In this document: positions 24,513 through 36,048 of the stretch, piece after piece
Layout of the letters: each line of letters starts with the position of its first letter
How positions within the stretch are numbered: position 1 is the stretch's first letter
Assembly: GCA_963787255.1 (NCBI GenBank)
Contig: CAWBCJ010000029.1
Coordinates: 960,001 to 1,024,000 of the forward strand
Length of the DNA stretch: 64,000 bases
Reading direction: 5' to 3'
Source: Methanobacteriota archaeon
Lineage (GTDB): Archaea; Methanobacteriota; Methanobacteria; Methanobacteriales; Methanobacteriaceae
The notes under the pieces: generated by a model
Told to the model about the DNA's origin: nothing
Database searches by the model: none
The model's input: the letters and a program-made list of their open reading frames with translations, nothing else
Position numbers and translations under genes: made by a program

Positions 24513-25142
24513 AATCCATTACAATTTAAAATTGAACATTTTCAACTTATTTTTTCATAAAAAAAAATAATATTGATTTTGATGTTAAAATTCAAAAACA
24601 TAACTTATATATTAAAAATACAAATAAAATGCTTGTAATTGTTCTCAAAACCAATTATTAATATAATTTTCAAAATGCTCATGATCCAGTTTTTTATAGT
24701 TCTAATTAAATTGGAAGAGCTTTAATTATGGTGAACAAAGTAATTTATTATATTAATATTTTCCTAAATTACATAAATATACTTAATAATCCGATTACCG
24801 GATTATTACATGATAAAAAGTCTAATAAGTTAGTTAATTAATTATAATTAATTCACATTCACTTAAAGAATTTCATTGATTCATTTAAAGTTCAACATTA
24901 AAATTTAAGTTATACCATTGTACATAATGTCCATTTCATGAGCGTTAAAAAAATGTATAAAGTAATATAGAAAAAAGGACAAAAATATATGTTGTATTTG
25001 GGATTTTTGGATAAATAATTGTAAAATAAATAATAACAGGGAAAAAAAATCATGCAACATATAAATCACAGAAAATCAACTAATTTTGATTACATATAAT
25101 AAATCCCTTGAATTAATGATTAAACCAATACGGAGGATTAGA

Positions 25143-25652
25143 ATGCGTAGTTTTGAAAGACTTACTTCTCTTAAAGATTATATTCCTTTAAAAAGAAGAG
25201 AAGTGGCAGGAAAAAACATAGGACTTCTTGTAGATGGTCCCAATATGTTAAGAAAAGAATTCAGCCTTAATCTCGACATTGTAAGAGAGATTATTTCGGA
25301 ATATGGTGATATGAGAGTTGGTAAAGTTTTGTTAAACCAATATGCTTCAGATAAACTTATAGAAGCAATTGTAAATCAAGGATTCACTCCTGTAGTTGTT
25401 GCTGGTGATACAGATGTTTACATGGCTGTAGAGGCTATGGAATTAATTTATAATCCTAATATTGATGTTGTTGCTCTCATGACCCGTGACGCTGATTTTT
25501 TACCAATAATAAACAAAGCCAAAGAAAACGGGAAAGAAACCATAGCAATTGGAGCAGAACCGGGGTTCAGCGCTGCATTACAAAACTCTGCTGACCATGC
25601 TATCATACTAAAGCCAGAAAACGGTAAAAGAAATCCAAAAATAAGGACTTAA
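25143..25652 (+). CDS. TIGR00288 family NYN-domain protein
   Basis: [35 protein letters not shown]; GGAGG RBS. Confidence 0.88.
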   Translation: MRSFERLTSLKDYIPLKRREVAGKNIGLLVDGPNMLRKEFSLNLDIVREIISEYGDMRVGKVLLNQYASDKLIEAIVNQGFTPVVVAGDTDVYMAVEAMELIYNPNIDVVALMTRDADFLPIINKAKENGKETIAIGAEPGFSAALQNSADHAIILKPENGKRNPKIRT

Positions 25653-25662
25653 GGAAAAAAAA

Positions 25663-26832
25663 ATGCTTATTAAGTCTACAGTTGACGAGGTAAAAAAAAG
25701 AGAAAATTCCCTGAGGATAATAAACTCTATTTTAAAGAAGTACGGTAGAGAAGATTTTTATGATTTAACAGGCCTTGCTGGAGGATTTAAACTAGGCGAG
25801 GAAGATATGGATCTACTTGAAACTTATGCAGGCCCTGCAATATTTGAAAATCAGCTTCAGAATGCTGGTAAACTGCATCTGGGAGGAGAAAAAATACTGG
25901 CCTTTAACCGAACCACAGCAGGAATACTTGCAGCCATTTTAGCGCTTGTAAAAGAGGGTGACGAGGTCATACATTACTTGCCGGAATTACCTTCTCATCC
26001 TTCAATACCCCGCAGTAGCGAGCTGGTAGGCGCTTCTTATGTCGAATACGATAATATAAATGATTTTGAGGTTCACGATAACACATCTTTGGTTATAATA
26101 ACAGGTTCTACAATGGATCATCAAATAATCAAAGAAGAAGAGTTTTCCAGAATAATAACAATTTCAAAGTCAAAAGCAATCAAGGTATTTGTAGATGACG
26201 CATCAGGGGCAAGATTAAGAACCGTACTCTTTAAACAGCCACGTGCCATGGATATGGGTGCTGATATTGTAATAACCAGTACTGATAAACTGATGGATGG
26301 TCCAAGGGCAGGACTAATGTCTGGAAAAGAGGAAATAATAGATTTAATTAAATCAAAAGCTCAACAGTTTGGTCTTGAAGCTCAAGCATCCACCATCGTT
26401 GGAATAATCAGAGCAATAGAAAATTTCAGTCAGGATCGTATGCTTGAATCATTTCAAAAAAAACATGAAGTGTTTGAGGCATTGAAGAAAAACATTGAAA
26501 ACATAAGGGAAACTCCAACTGGAGTCATGCTTTCTGCTGAAGATTTAGTAGATGAATTAAATAAAAAGGGTATAAAAACAGAATTTACATCTGCAGATGT
26601 TGCATGTGTTTTTTCAGTCCTTCTCCTTAGAAATTACCATATTTTAACAATTCCTGCTGTTGGAATGCCTGGAGCATCTGCAACACTTCGAATAGACATG
26701 GCATCAAAGGACGCTGAACGTGTAGGGGCTGATTACATTATTAAAGCCATGATTGAAACTTTTTCTCATCTAGGAGAAATTGTTAATTATAAAATGGCAT
26801 GTAACACGCTTTTATTTGAAAATGGTTTATAA
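25663..26832 (+). CDS. SelA-like PLP enzyme, MJ0158/TIGR03576 family
   Basis: YDLTGLAGG, NRTTA, SHPSI, VDDASGAR, STDKLMDGPRAG. Confidence 0.85.
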   Translation: MLIKSTVDEVKKRENSLRIINSILKKYGREDFYDLTGLAGGFKLGEEDMDLLETYAGPAIFENQLQNAGKLHLGGEKILAFNRTTAGILAAILALVKEGDEVIHYLPELPSHPSIPRSSELVGASYVEYDNINDFEVHDNTSLVIITGSTMDHQIIKEEEFSRIITISKSKAIKVFVDDASGARLRTVLFKQPRAMDMGADIVITSTDKLMDGPRAGLMSGKEEIIDLIKSKAQQFGLEAQASTIVGIIRAIENFSQDRMLESFQKKHEVFEALKKNIENIRETPTGVMLSAEDLVDELNKKGIKTEFTSADVACVFSVLLLRNYHILTIPAVGMPGASATLRIDMASKDAERVGADYIIKAMIETFSHLGEIVNYKMACNTLLFENGL

Positions 26833-26893
26833 TCACGCTGTTTTCTGAAATTTATTTAATCATTTCTTTTTTTTAACAAAAATCGGTGGTTTC

Positions 26894-27910
26894 ATGATTG
26901 AAATAGATGGATCATATGGAGAAGGTGGAGGGGCCATTGTACGAAATGCAGTAGCACTTTCTGCTTTAACATCAAAGCCGATAAATATAAAAAATATACG
27001 TGCAAACAGACCAAAATCAGGTTTAATGCCTCAGCATTTCAATGCTGTAAAGGCAGTTGCACAATTATCGGGAGCTAAATGCGACAAATTAAATGTAGGA
27101 TCCAGTGAAATTACCTTTAAGCCAGAGAGTATTGAAGGGGGCAAATTTGAAATTGACATCAAAACTGCCGGTAGCATTACTATGGTTCTCCAGGCATTCA
27201 TGATACCGGCGGCATTTGCAGATTCTTCGGTTGAAATTACTATTAAAGGTGGAACCGATGTTAGATGGTCCCCTTCTGTGGACTATTTGCAAAATGTAAC
27301 ACTGAAAATCTTGGAAAAAATGGGATATACTGCAAAGATGGATATAATACGTAGAGGCCATTATCCACGTGGTGGGGGTATCGTAAAGGTTAAAATAAGC
27401 CCTGTTAAGAAATTAAAGCCTTTAAAACTAATTGATCTTGAAGTTGACAAAATAAAAGGATTATCACATGCTGTAAAACTGCCCAAACATGTTGCAGTAA
27501 GGCAAGCAGAAAGTGCAGAAAATTTATTCAAAAAAAATGGATTTGACGCTGAAATTGAAGTTCAGCACTCTGATGATGCTTTAGGGCCGGGATCTGGTAT
27601 TTTTATTTGGAGTGAAGGAAATTCAAGAGTCGGTGGAAGTGCAATTGGTGAACGTGGCTTAAGGGCAGAAAAAGTTGGGGAAAAAGCTGCAAAAGAACTT
27701 CTTTATCATATATCAAAGGGTGCAGCACTTGATAAATATATGGGTGATCAGATTGTTCCATATATGGCAATTGCTGGAAATTCAGAGGTTAAGACTGCAG
27801 AGTTAACTCTTCATGCTGCTACGAATATTTATATTGCAGAAATATTGCTTGGAAAAAAGTTTGATATAAAAGGTAATATGGGAGAAAATGCAATAATTAG
27901 CGTTGATTAG
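26894..27910 (+). CDS. rtcA: RNA 3'-terminal phosphate cyclase
   Basis: DGSYGEGGG, IRANRPKSGL..QH, GHYPRGGG, catalytic TLH. Confidence 0.95.
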   Translation: MIEIDGSYGEGGGAIVRNAVALSALTSKPINIKNIRANRPKSGLMPQHFNAVKAVAQLSGAKCDKLNVGSSEITFKPESIEGGKFEIDIKTAGSITMVLQAFMIPAAFADSSVEITIKGGTDVRWSPSVDYLQNVTLKILEKMGYTAKMDIIRRGHYPRGGGIVKVKISPVKKLKPLKLIDLEVDKIKGLSHAVKLPKHVAVRQAESAENLFKKNGFDAEIEVQHSDDALGPGSGIFIWSEGNSRVGGSAIGERGLRAEKVGEKAAKELLYHISKGAALDKYMGDQIVPYMAIAGNSEVKTAELTLHAATNIYIAEILLGKKFDIKGNMGENAIISVD

Positions 27911-28577
27911 TTTTTTAATAAATTTATGTGGTTATAAAGTGGCAGCCGAAATTACAATTCTGGGAATTACAATTAATGGTTCTATTGGGATTTTTATTGG
28001 AACTTTTCTAGAAGAAATAATTGCTCCAATTCCATCGGCTCTTGTAATTATGGGAGCAAGTTTTCTTTTAATGCAAAATGTTCCTTTGTCTCTAGCAAGT
28101 GTTCAGTACTTATTTGTGTATATAGTAATTCCTGCAACTATTGGGCTTACTTTAGGCTCTCTTTTTGTCTATTTATTAACCTATTTTATAGGAAAACCAG
28201 TAATTGACCGTTGGGGGAAATATTTAGGTATTTCCTGGGAAGATATTAAAAAAGCGGACAGATTAAGAAAAAATTACGCGGATATACTGGTCCTTTTTAT
28301 TTTAAGGGCGATACCAATAATTCCAAGTGTTGCAATTAATGCATTTTGTGGTTTAATTAAATTTGACTTTAAAAGATATATTATAGCAACATTTTCAGGG
28401 ACGCTTGTACGCGCATTTTTTCTTGGGTTTGTGGGGTGGCAATTTGGGAATGTTTATCAAAGAATAGCTAAAGATATTTCCAATTTAGAACAAATAGTCG
28501 TAATTATTATTATTGTTGCTATTATTGGATTTATTATCTATAAAAAATGGAGAAGTAAAAGAGGTTCATCAATATAA
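27903..28577 (+). CDS. DedA/VTT family membrane protein
   Basis: EEIIAPIPS, LRAIPIIP, multiple hydrophobic segments; start uncertain. Confidence 0.85.
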   Translation: MISFLINLCGYKVAAEITILGITINGSIGIFIGTFLEEIIAPIPSALVIMGASFLLMQNVPLSLASVQYLFVYIVIPATIGLTLGSLFVYLLTYFIGKPVIDRWGKYLGISWEDIKKADRLRKNYADILVLFILRAIPIIPSVAINAFCGLIKFDFKRYIIATFSGTLVRAFFLGFVGWQFGNVYQRIAKDISNLEQIVVIIIIVAIIGFIIYKKWRSKRGSSI

Positions 28578-28592
28578 ATAAAAAAGATTTAA

Positions 28593-29589
28593 TTATTTTC
28601 CATAATGTTGTTTTTTTAATTCGGGAATGTGTCTGCATTCTCCAGATATAATCTTTCTAAGAGAACCATCTCTAAGTTCTAAAATCAATGCACCTTCTCT
28701 GTTTACGCCTACAGCTTCACCTTTAACAATTTCAGTTCCTTTATTAATTTCTACATTACTTCCAATTGTTTTTGAGTATTTACGCCATTTCTTCAGTATT
28801 TTCTGGAAATTTCCCTGGTTAAATTCGTTGTACATTGCTTCGAAGTTTTCAAGGAATTTTCTAACCAGCATCATGCGAGATATTTCCATATCAAGCTCTG
28901 ATTTAAGAGATGTTGTATGTTCTCTTAATTCTGGAGGTAACTGATCAAGAATCAACATTTGCATCAATTCCAATTCCTGCAATAATATAATCAATTGAAT
29001 CTTTTTCAGTGATTATCTCAGTTAATATCCCACAAACTTTCTTATTTTCTATTAGAATGTCGTTAGGCCATTTGATACCTACTTCAAGTCCATATTCTTC
29101 TTTAATGGTCTTTGCAGCTGCAACACCTGCTGTAAACGTTAATTGTGGGGCATTAATGGGTAAAGTATCTGGTCTAAGGATTATAGACATCCATGCACCA
29201 CCTATAGGTGAAATCCATGGTTTTCCACGTCTTCCTCTTCCCTTCTTTTGTCTTTCTGCTATTACAACCACACCTTCCTGCGCACCTTCCTGGGCCAATC
29301 TCTTTGCAACTTCATTAGTTGAATCCACTTCCCTGAAATAATGAATTTCTTTTCCAATATAACTTGTATTTAAAGCATCCTTGAGTTTATGGGGTAATAT
29401 CAAAGTTAATTCTTCTTTAAGCCGAACTCCACCATCTGGCGAACATTCAATTATATATCCCTCATTTAAAAGTGATTTAACGTGTTTAAATACGCTAGAT
29501 ATGGGAATTTCGAGCTCTAAAGAGATTTGATCAATGAGGATATATTCTCCCTTTTTCTCATAAAGAGTTTCTAGTACTTTATTTTTCAT
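28593..29589 (-). pseudogene. birA: biotin-protein ligase BirA with N-terminal wHTH, split by a +1 frameshift near 28951 (probably assembly error)
   Basis: DSTN, GRGRRGKPW, KWPND, KVCGIL in the 5' part; removing one base gives ANVDLDQLPPELR continuing into the BPL C-terminal domain. Confidence 0.88.
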
Positions 29590-29634
29590 CTTACCACCTC
29601 ATTTACTCAATAATAATTTGAAATGACAATAATA

Positions 29635-31119
29635 TTAGGATTTTTTCGATGCTGCATTTGCCAGGTAACTATTAACAGCTGCAGATACTGCCGCAATCTT
29701 TGGAGAAGGTAAAAATGTTGATTTAAGTCTTGCAGCTCTTTCCTCATCTGTTTTAATCACTTCTGCCATGTGTCCCATAATTTCGTCACGGTACTGATCA
29801 ACAAAGTGGGTGTGAAGCTTTCCCTCTCTGAAATGTTCGCTCAACATCATTGATTTGTGGAAAGGTATTGTTGTCTTAACTCCAAGAATAATATACTCGT
29901 CTAAAGCCCGTTTCATACGTGCTATAGCTTCATTTCTGGTCATTCCATACACTATAAGCTTGGATATCATTGAATCATAATATGGTGGGATAACATAGTT
30001 CATGTAGACTCCGCTGTCAACTCTAACACCTATTCCTCCAGGAGACCGATAACCTGTTATTTTACCTGGATTCGGAGCGAAATCAGCAAGAGGATCTTCA
30101 GCATTTATCCTGCATTCTATGGCATGGCCTTTCACTATAATATCTTCCTGTGAGCAGCAGAGTTCTTTGCCAGCAGCTATATTTAACTGCTGTTTAACTA
30201 GATCTATCCCTGTCACGATCTCTGTAATCGGATGCTCTACTTGTATACGAGTATTCATCTCGAGAAAATAATATTCGCCGTTTGAGTATAAAAATTCTAC
30301 AGTTCCTGCATTTGTATAACCTATTGAAGATGCAGCTCTAACAGCAGTACCACCCATTTCTTCACGCAGTTCTTCAGTCATAATGGGTGATGGAGATTCT
30401 TCTATCAGTTTTTGATGTCTTCTTTGGATTGAACATTCCCTGTCAGCAACATGGATTACATTTCCGTGCTCATCTGCAAGAATCTGGAATTCAATGTGCC
30501 TTGGCTCTTCCACATATTTTTCGATATAAATGGTTGAATCTCCAAATGCCGAGGCTGCTACTGATTGTGTGGATTCAATAGCGCGTACAAGCTCATCTTC
30601 CTCGTAAACTGTACGCATTCCTATTCCGCCGCCTCCAGCAGAAGCTTTAACAATAACCGGATATCCTATGGATTCTGCGATATCAATTGCTTCATCAAGT
30701 TCACTTACTCCTTTAGCAGTACCGGGTACTACAGGAACTCCTGCAGACCGCATTAATTTTTTGGACTCAATCTTGCTCCCCATAGCTTTTATAACGGATC
30801 CTTTAGGTCCAATCAATTTGATGCCATGGGTTTCACATTCTTCTCCAAGTCTGGCATTTTCGGCCAGGAATCCATATCCTGGATGAATTGCTTCAGCACC
30901 ACACTTTTCTGCAACATCGATTATTTTTTCAATATTCAAATAACTTTGTGAAGGGCTGGGGTTTCCTATATTATATGCTTCATCTGCATATTTGGCAAAA
31001 AGTGAGTTGCTATCCGCATCTGAATATACTGCAACACTTTTCACGCCTAATTCTTTACACGCTCTCATAACTCTTATCGCGATTTCACCACGGTTGGCTA
31101 CTAAAACTTTATTAAACAT
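29635..31119 (-). CDS. pycA: pyruvate carboxylase subunit A (biotin carboxylase)
   Basis: [34 protein letters not shown]; adjacent to birA. Confidence 0.9.
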   Translation of the reverse strand: MFNKVLVANRGEIAIRVMRACKELGVKSVAVYSDADSNSLFAKYADEAYNIGNPSPSQSYLNIEKIIDVAEKCGAEAIHPGYGFLAENARLGEECETHGIKLIGPKGSVIKAMGSKIESKKLMRSAGVPVVPGTAKGVSELDEAIDIAESIGYPVIVKASAGGGGIGMRTVYEEDELVRAIESTQSVAASAFGDSTIYIEKYVEEPRHIEFQILADEHGNVIHVADRECSIQRRHQKLIEESPSPIMTEELREEMGGTAVRAASSIGYTNAGTVEFLYSNGEYYFLEMNTRIQVEHPITEIVTGIDLVKQQLNIAAGKELCCSQEDIIVKGHAIECRINAEDPLADFAPNPGKITGYRSPGGIGVRVDSGVYMNYVIPPYYDSMISKLIVYGMTRNEAIARMKRALDEYIILGVKTTIPFHKSMMLSEHFREGKLHTHFVDQYRDEIMGHMAEVIKTDEERAARLKSTFLPSPKIAAVSAAVNSYLANAASKKS

Positions 31120-31365
31120 GATATCGCCTCATATTATATACTGCAATACTTTTTAAATCAAGTTTATTAGATTTCATTATAATTTTCTCTGTTTGGCTAA
31201 TATGACTTTAAATAGGATATTGCATCTATTCAATTTATTGAAATCTAATCAATTATCAATAAAATTATCGGATTATAACAATATTGTATATCTATTTTAA
31301 TCTATTTATTTGTATAAATTATATCTTATTAATTGAAAAATAAAAAATAAAAAAATGGATTTGAA

Positions 31366-32007
31366 ATGACGATTGAAAAACCCAAAATAGCTAAAAAAAG
31401 GCATCTTGAGATGATACTTCAAAGTATTCCTTATTATAAATCTCCAAAAGTCCATTTAGAGCAGTATATCACACCCGCTCACATTGCTGCGGATGTTTTG
31501 TGGAACGCTTATTCTTTAGGTGATATTGAAGGTAAAAAAGTTATTGATCTTGGATGTGGTACTGGAGTATTTACAATAGGTGTAGCTTTACTTGATGCTC
31601 GAGAAGTTATAGGTTTAGATATCGATCCAGATGCAATAGAGATTGCAGAAAATCATGCAATAAAGAATGGGGTTATGGATATAATAAAATTTTTTAGAGA
31701 AGATGTTGAAGATTTTGATGATAAAGGAAACACAGTAATTCAAAACCCGCCTTTTGGAGCTCAAAAAGCAGGGACGAAAAATGCAGATAGGATTTTCATG
31801 AAAAAAGCGCTTGAATCCGCCCCGGTAGTATATTCATTCCATATTAAAGAGACTGAGGAATTTGTAGAGAAATATTTTTGTTCTTTAGGGGGTTCTGTTA
31901 CTCATAAGTTTTATTATAGTTTTAGTATACCTAAAATTTATGATTTTCATGAAAAAGAAAGAATAAACGTTGATGTGGTCGTTTTTAGGATAGAAAAGAA
32001 TATATAG
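31366..32007 (+). CDS. METTL5-family N6-adenine methyltransferase
   Basis: LEQYITP, DLGCGTG, NPPFG. Confidence 0.9.
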   Translation: MTIEKPKIAKKRHLEMILQSIPYYKSPKVHLEQYITPAHIAADVLWNAYSLGDIEGKKVIDLGCGTGVFTIGVALLDAREVIGLDIDPDAIEIAENHAIKNGVMDIIKFFREDVEDFDDKGNTVIQNPPFGAQKAGTKNADRIFMKKALESAPVVYSFHIKETEEFVEKYFCSLGGSVTHKFYYSFSIPKIYDFHEKERINVDVVVFRIEKNI

Positions 32008-32215
32008 ATAAAATAGGGAGTTTATGTTCATATTTAAAAACACTAAAAAAAGTATTGTAAAAAATGCCGAAAAAAACCATAAAATATTTTATAGTGATTT
32101 ACATATAGTATAAAGGACTGAATACTTTAAATCTGAAGTATTTATATATAACTTAAATCAAACCTTAGAATGTTGTACATAATATATATAAGATGACAAA
32201 AACAGATAGTGGAGA

Positions 32216-33031
32216 ATGGAACAGAAACATTTAACCATTTTTATACCTGCCTCAATAACTGCTGAAACTAATGATTTAAGAATTAAAACTTACAAGGTAG
32301 GTTTAATTGGTAGATCTGCAGCTATCTTTAAGGCTGACAAGATCGTTGTTTATAACGATAATTCGGATGAGAAAGAGGTAAAGTTTATTAGTGATGTCCT
32401 CACTTATATGAATACGCCTCAATACCTTCGTAAAAAGGTATTTCCAATCTCAAGGGAATTAAAAAACGTGGGAATTCTCCCACCACTTAGAACTCCCCAC
32501 CACCCTACGGATGAAGCGGAAGTAGGCGATTATAGGCAGGGATTCACTATAAAAAGGACAAAGAGAGGTACGATAGTTGATATCGGGGCGGATAGACCCG
32601 CACTTTGTCGTGAAAAACTCAGTATAAATAAAGTATTTAGCTTCCGTATAGTGAAGCTATCAAAAAAGGATATATTAATAGAACCAGATAAACCCGACTT
32701 TTACTGGGGTTATAAGGTTTTATCTACTTATAAGGACTTGTATGAAAGTGTATCGGAAGTAAAACCCGATTTTGTTATTGGAACTTCCAGATATGCAGAG
32801 CCCATCACTTCTATTTTAGATGAAGTAAAGCACAAGATAAAAGATGCCAAACATTTGGCTATTTTGTTTGGTGGTCCTTATTCAGGCTTGCATGAACTTA
32901 TTCAGGGCCGAAAAAACATAATAGATCTTGAAGTCAATACGGTCCCATCACAAGGAACTAAGACTATAAGGACTGAAGAGGCGGTTTTAATAACTTTATC
33001 TGTATTTAACCTGCTTTTAAATGCAGAATAA
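32216..33031 (+). CDS. SPOUT RNA methyltransferase (MTH1/C9orf114 family)
   Basis: TPQYLRK, GILPPLRTPHH, OB insert, YWGY, QGTKTIRTEEA. Confidence 0.9.
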   Translation: MEQKHLTIFIPASITAETNDLRIKTYKVGLIGRSAAIFKADKIVVYNDNSDEKEVKFISDVLTYMNTPQYLRKKVFPISRELKNVGILPPLRTPHHPTDEAEVGDYRQGFTIKRTKRGTIVDIGADRPALCREKLSINKVFSFRIVKLSKKDILIEPDKPDFYWGYKVLSTYKDLYESVSEVKPDFVIGTSRYAEPITSILDEVKHKIKDAKHLAILFGGPYSGLHELIQGRKNIIDLEVNTVPSQGTKTIRTEEAVLITLSVFNLLLNAE

Positions 33032-33075
33032 CTCGGAAAATTGAAAGAATTGTGAAGTAAGGAGGTAAATTAAAA

Positions 33076-34086
33076 ATGACTAGACATCACCAACCACGAA
33101 AAGGATCAGTTGCATTCAGTCCTCGAAAGAGGGCATCAAAACAATCCCCCAGGATTAAATCCTGGCCTCAAGTCGATGAAACGGGGTTACTCGGCTTTGC
33201 AGGGTATAAAGTGGGAATGACTCACGTTAAAATGACTGACAACAGGAAAAACTCACCAACTGAAGGAATGGAAATTTCAACTCCAGTAACTATACTTGAA
33301 GTACCACCTGTTGCTGTAATGGGTATAAGAGCATATAGAAAAACCACTCGTGGTCTAAAAACCATGATGGATGTTATGGCTAGTGAATTAAGCGAAGAAC
33401 TTTTGCGTAAAATACCACTACCCGAAGAATATGATACTGATTCTAATTTAGCTAAATTAAAAGAAAATATTGATGATATCGTTGATATCCGCGTTTTAAT
33501 ACACACTAACCCTAAGAACGCCAGCGTTCCTAAAAAGAAACCTGAAATAATAGAATGCGGTCTTGGCGGCGCTACAGTTGGAGAAAAGCTTGAATACGCA
33601 ACAAGCGTTCTTGGAACTGAAATCAATGCAGCTGACGTTTTTTCTGATGGAGAACATGTTGATTCCATCGCTATCACCAAAGGAAAAGGATTCCAGGGTC
33701 CTGTTAAAAGATGGGGAGTCAGAATACAATACGGAAAAGCTGCAAGAAGTAGTAAAGGAAGACACGTTGGTTCATTAGGTCCATGGTCACCAGAAAGGAC
33801 AATGTGGACAGTTCCACAGGCAGGACAAATGGGATATCACAAAAGAACCGAATACAACAAAAAAATACTTAAAATTGGAGATGCTTCTGAAACAGACTCT
33901 ATAAATCCCGACGGTGGATTCGTTAAATACGGTCTCGTTAAAAATAATTTCATTATGGTGAAAGGATCACTACCAGGCTCAACAAAAAGGCTTGTAATTA
34001 TAAGAAAAGCTATGAGACCTCACAGAAAGCATAACGACGCGCCAGAAATATCAGAAATCTCAACTGCTTCCAAACAGGGAGTTTAA
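33076..34086 (+). CDS. rpl3: 50S ribosomal protein L3
   Basis: PRKGSVAFSPRKRA, GYKVGMTH, TKGKGFQG. Confidence 0.97.
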   Translation: MTRHHQPRKGSVAFSPRKRASKQSPRIKSWPQVDETGLLGFAGYKVGMTHVKMTDNRKNSPTEGMEISTPVTILEVPPVAVMGIRAYRKTTRGLKTMMDVMASELSEELLRKIPLPEEYDTDSNLAKLKENIDDIVDIRVLIHTNPKNASVPKKKPEIIECGLGGATVGEKLEYATSVLGTEINAADVFSDGEHVDSIAITKGKGFQGPVKRWGVRIQYGKAARSSKGRHVGSLGPWSPERTMWTVPQAGQMGYHKRTEYNKKILKIGDASETDSINPDGGFVKYGLVKNNFIMVKGSLPGSTKRLVIIRKAMRPHRKHNDAPEISEISTASKQGV

Positions 34087-34132
34087 GGTTTAAATTCAAG
34101 TTTATATTTGGAATAATAAAGAGGGATATTAG

Positions 34133-34915
34133 ATGAAAAAGATCAAAGTTTATTCATTGAAAGGAGAAGTCATTGATGAAATCAAGCTTCCTGAAATCTT
34201 CAACGAAGAATACAGACCAGATATCATAAAAAGAGCAGTAATCTCCTCACAAACCGCAAGAATACAACCATGGGGAACAGATCCAATGGCAGGTAAGAGG
34301 ACAACTGCAGAATCTTACGGTTCTGGTCGTGGTGCAGCAATGGTACCTCGTGTAAAAGGAAGCAGACACCCAGCAGGGTCAAAAGCTGCTTTTGTACCTC
34401 AAGCTGTAGGTGGAAGAAGAGCACACCCACCGAAGCCTCAAAAGATTTATCATGAGAAAATAAACAGGAAAGAAAGAAGATTAGCAATCAGATCAGCAAT
34501 AGCTGCAACTACAAATCCTGAATTAGTAGAAAACAGGGGACACAAAGTAAAAAATGTGCCGCAAATTCCATTTGTAGTTGATGACGAACTAGCTAAAATT
34601 AAAAACACCAAAGAAACAAGGGAAATATTCAAAACCCTTGGAATAATGGACGATATAGTCAGGGCCAAAACCGGTAAGAAAATAAGGGCCGGAAAAGGTA
34701 AAATGAGAGGTCGAAAATACAAAGTGCCAAAAGGACCACTAATAGTTGTGGGAGAAGACAAAGGCATAAGCCTCGGTGCAAGAAACCACCCTGGTGTTGA
34801 TATTGTTTCTGTAGAAAACCTGAACGCTGAACTTTTAGCTCCAGGAACACATGCAGGAAGATTAACAATATACACAAAATCAGCCATTCTAAAAATTGGT
34901 GAATTGTTCCAATAA
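34133..34915 (+). CDS. rpl4: 50S ribosomal protein L4
   Basis: [27 protein letters not shown]. Confidence 0.97.
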   Translation: MKKIKVYSLKGEVIDEIKLPEIFNEEYRPDIIKRAVISSQTARIQPWGTDPMAGKRTTAESYGSGRGAAMVPRVKGSRHPAGSKAAFVPQAVGGRRAHPPKPQKIYHEKINRKERRLAIRSAIAATTNPELVENRGHKVKNVPQIPFVVDDELAKIKNTKETREIFKTLGIMDDIVRAKTGKKIRAGKGKMRGRKYKVPKGPLIVVGEDKGISLGARNHPGVDIVSVENLNAELLAPGTHAGRLTIYTKSAILKIGELFQ

Positions 34916-34931
34916 TAGAGGACGTGTGAAT

Positions 34932-35192
34932 ATGGATCCTTATTCAATAATAAAAAGACCACTCCTAACAGAAAAAACAATGAATGCAATTGACCAAAAA
35001 AACGAACTAACATTTGTAGTTCTTAGAACCGCAAGAAAATCTGAAATTAAAAACGCATTCGAAGACCTTTACGCTGTTAAAGTGGAAAAAGTAAACACTC
35101 AAGTTACTTCAAAAGGAGATAAATTAGCCTACATAAAACTGGCCGCAGAGCACAGTGCAGAGGATATAGCAGTTAAAATGGGAGTATTCTAA
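34932..35192 (+). CDS. rpl23: 50S ribosomal protein L23
   Basis: PLLTEK, NELTFVV, KLAYIKL. Confidence 0.95.
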   Translation: MDPYSIIKRPLLTEKTMNAIDQKNELTFVVLRTARKSEIKNAFEDLYAVKVEKVNTQVTSKGDKLAYIKLAAEHSAEDIAVKMGVF

Positions 35193-35256
35193 TACTCACA
35201 TTCAATCTAATTAGTATCCGCAAAGACCTTTCGGGTCATGTATGGAGGAATATTAA

Positions 35257-35982
35257 ATGGGAAAACGTTTAAAATCACAAAGAAGCGGTAGGGGATCTTC
35301 AACTTATAGAAGTGCATCCCACCGATTCAAAGGAAAGATCGAATATCGATCATACGATAGTATAGAAAAAGAAGGCAGCTTAAAAGGAAAAGTTGCCGAT
35401 ATAATTAACGATCCTGGAAGAAGTGCACCAGTAGCATTGGTGAAATTTGAAAATGGTGAGAAAAAAATGGTATTAGCTCCAGAAAGCATCCAGATAAACG
35501 ATGATATAGAATTTGGATTTGCAGCACCAATAAAACCTGGAAATGCTTTACCGCTTGCACAGATTCCTGAAGGTACACCAGTATATAATCTTGAAAAAAA
35601 TCCCGGAGACGGCGGAAAATTCGTCAAATCATCTGGAACTCACGCTTCTTTAATAACTCATGATGTAGGAAAGGCAATTGTTGAATTGCCATCCGGAGAA
35701 CTAAAAGCATTCAATCCTGCCTGCAGGGCAACCATTGGAATAGTTGCCGGCGGAGGAAGAAAGGAAAAACCATTCCTTAAAGCAGGAAACAGGTTCTACG
35801 CCTTAAACGCGAAGGGTAAAAAGAATGTCAGTGTTAGAGGAGTAGCAATGAACGCAGTAGATCACCCACACGGTGGTGGAAACAGACAGCATCCCGGAAG
35901 GCCAACCACAGTTTCAAGACATGCGCCGCCAGGAAGAAAAGTTGGTTCAATTGCTGCAAGAAGAACAGGGAAGAGAAGGTAA
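35257..35982 (+). CDS. rpl2: 50S ribosomal protein L2
   Basis: DPGRSAP, RGVAMNAVDHPHGGG. Confidence 0.97.
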   Translation: MGKRLKSQRSGRGSSTYRSASHRFKGKIEYRSYDSIEKEGSLKGKVADIINDPGRSAPVALVKFENGEKKMVLAPESIQINDDIEFGFAAPIKPGNALPLAQIPEGTPVYNLEKNPGDGGKFVKSSGTHASLITHDVGKAIVELPSGELKAFNPACRATIGIVAGGGRKEKPFLKAGNRFYALNAKGKKNVSVRGVAMNAVDHPHGGGNRQHPGRPTTVSRHAPPGRKVGSIAARRTGKRR

Positions 35983-36048
35983 ATTAAGATATTTAAAAAG
36001 GGAAATAAATAAAATAAGAACTCAAATAAACTATGAGGAGGCGACCAA

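Noticed and set aside
24513-25142. Long AT-rich spacer as replication origin
   Set aside because: No ORB-like repeats recognised and no cdc6/orc1 gene in the window
25663-26832. Calling this gene selA (selenocysteine synthase)
   Set aside because: It matches the MJ0158-type SelA-like family; archaea make Sec through PSTK/SepSecS, and no Sec machinery is visible here
29635-31119. Acetyl-CoA carboxylase accC
   Set aside because: In methanogens this biotin carboxylase next to birA is better explained as pyruvate carboxylase subunit A; no carboxyltransferase genes adjacent
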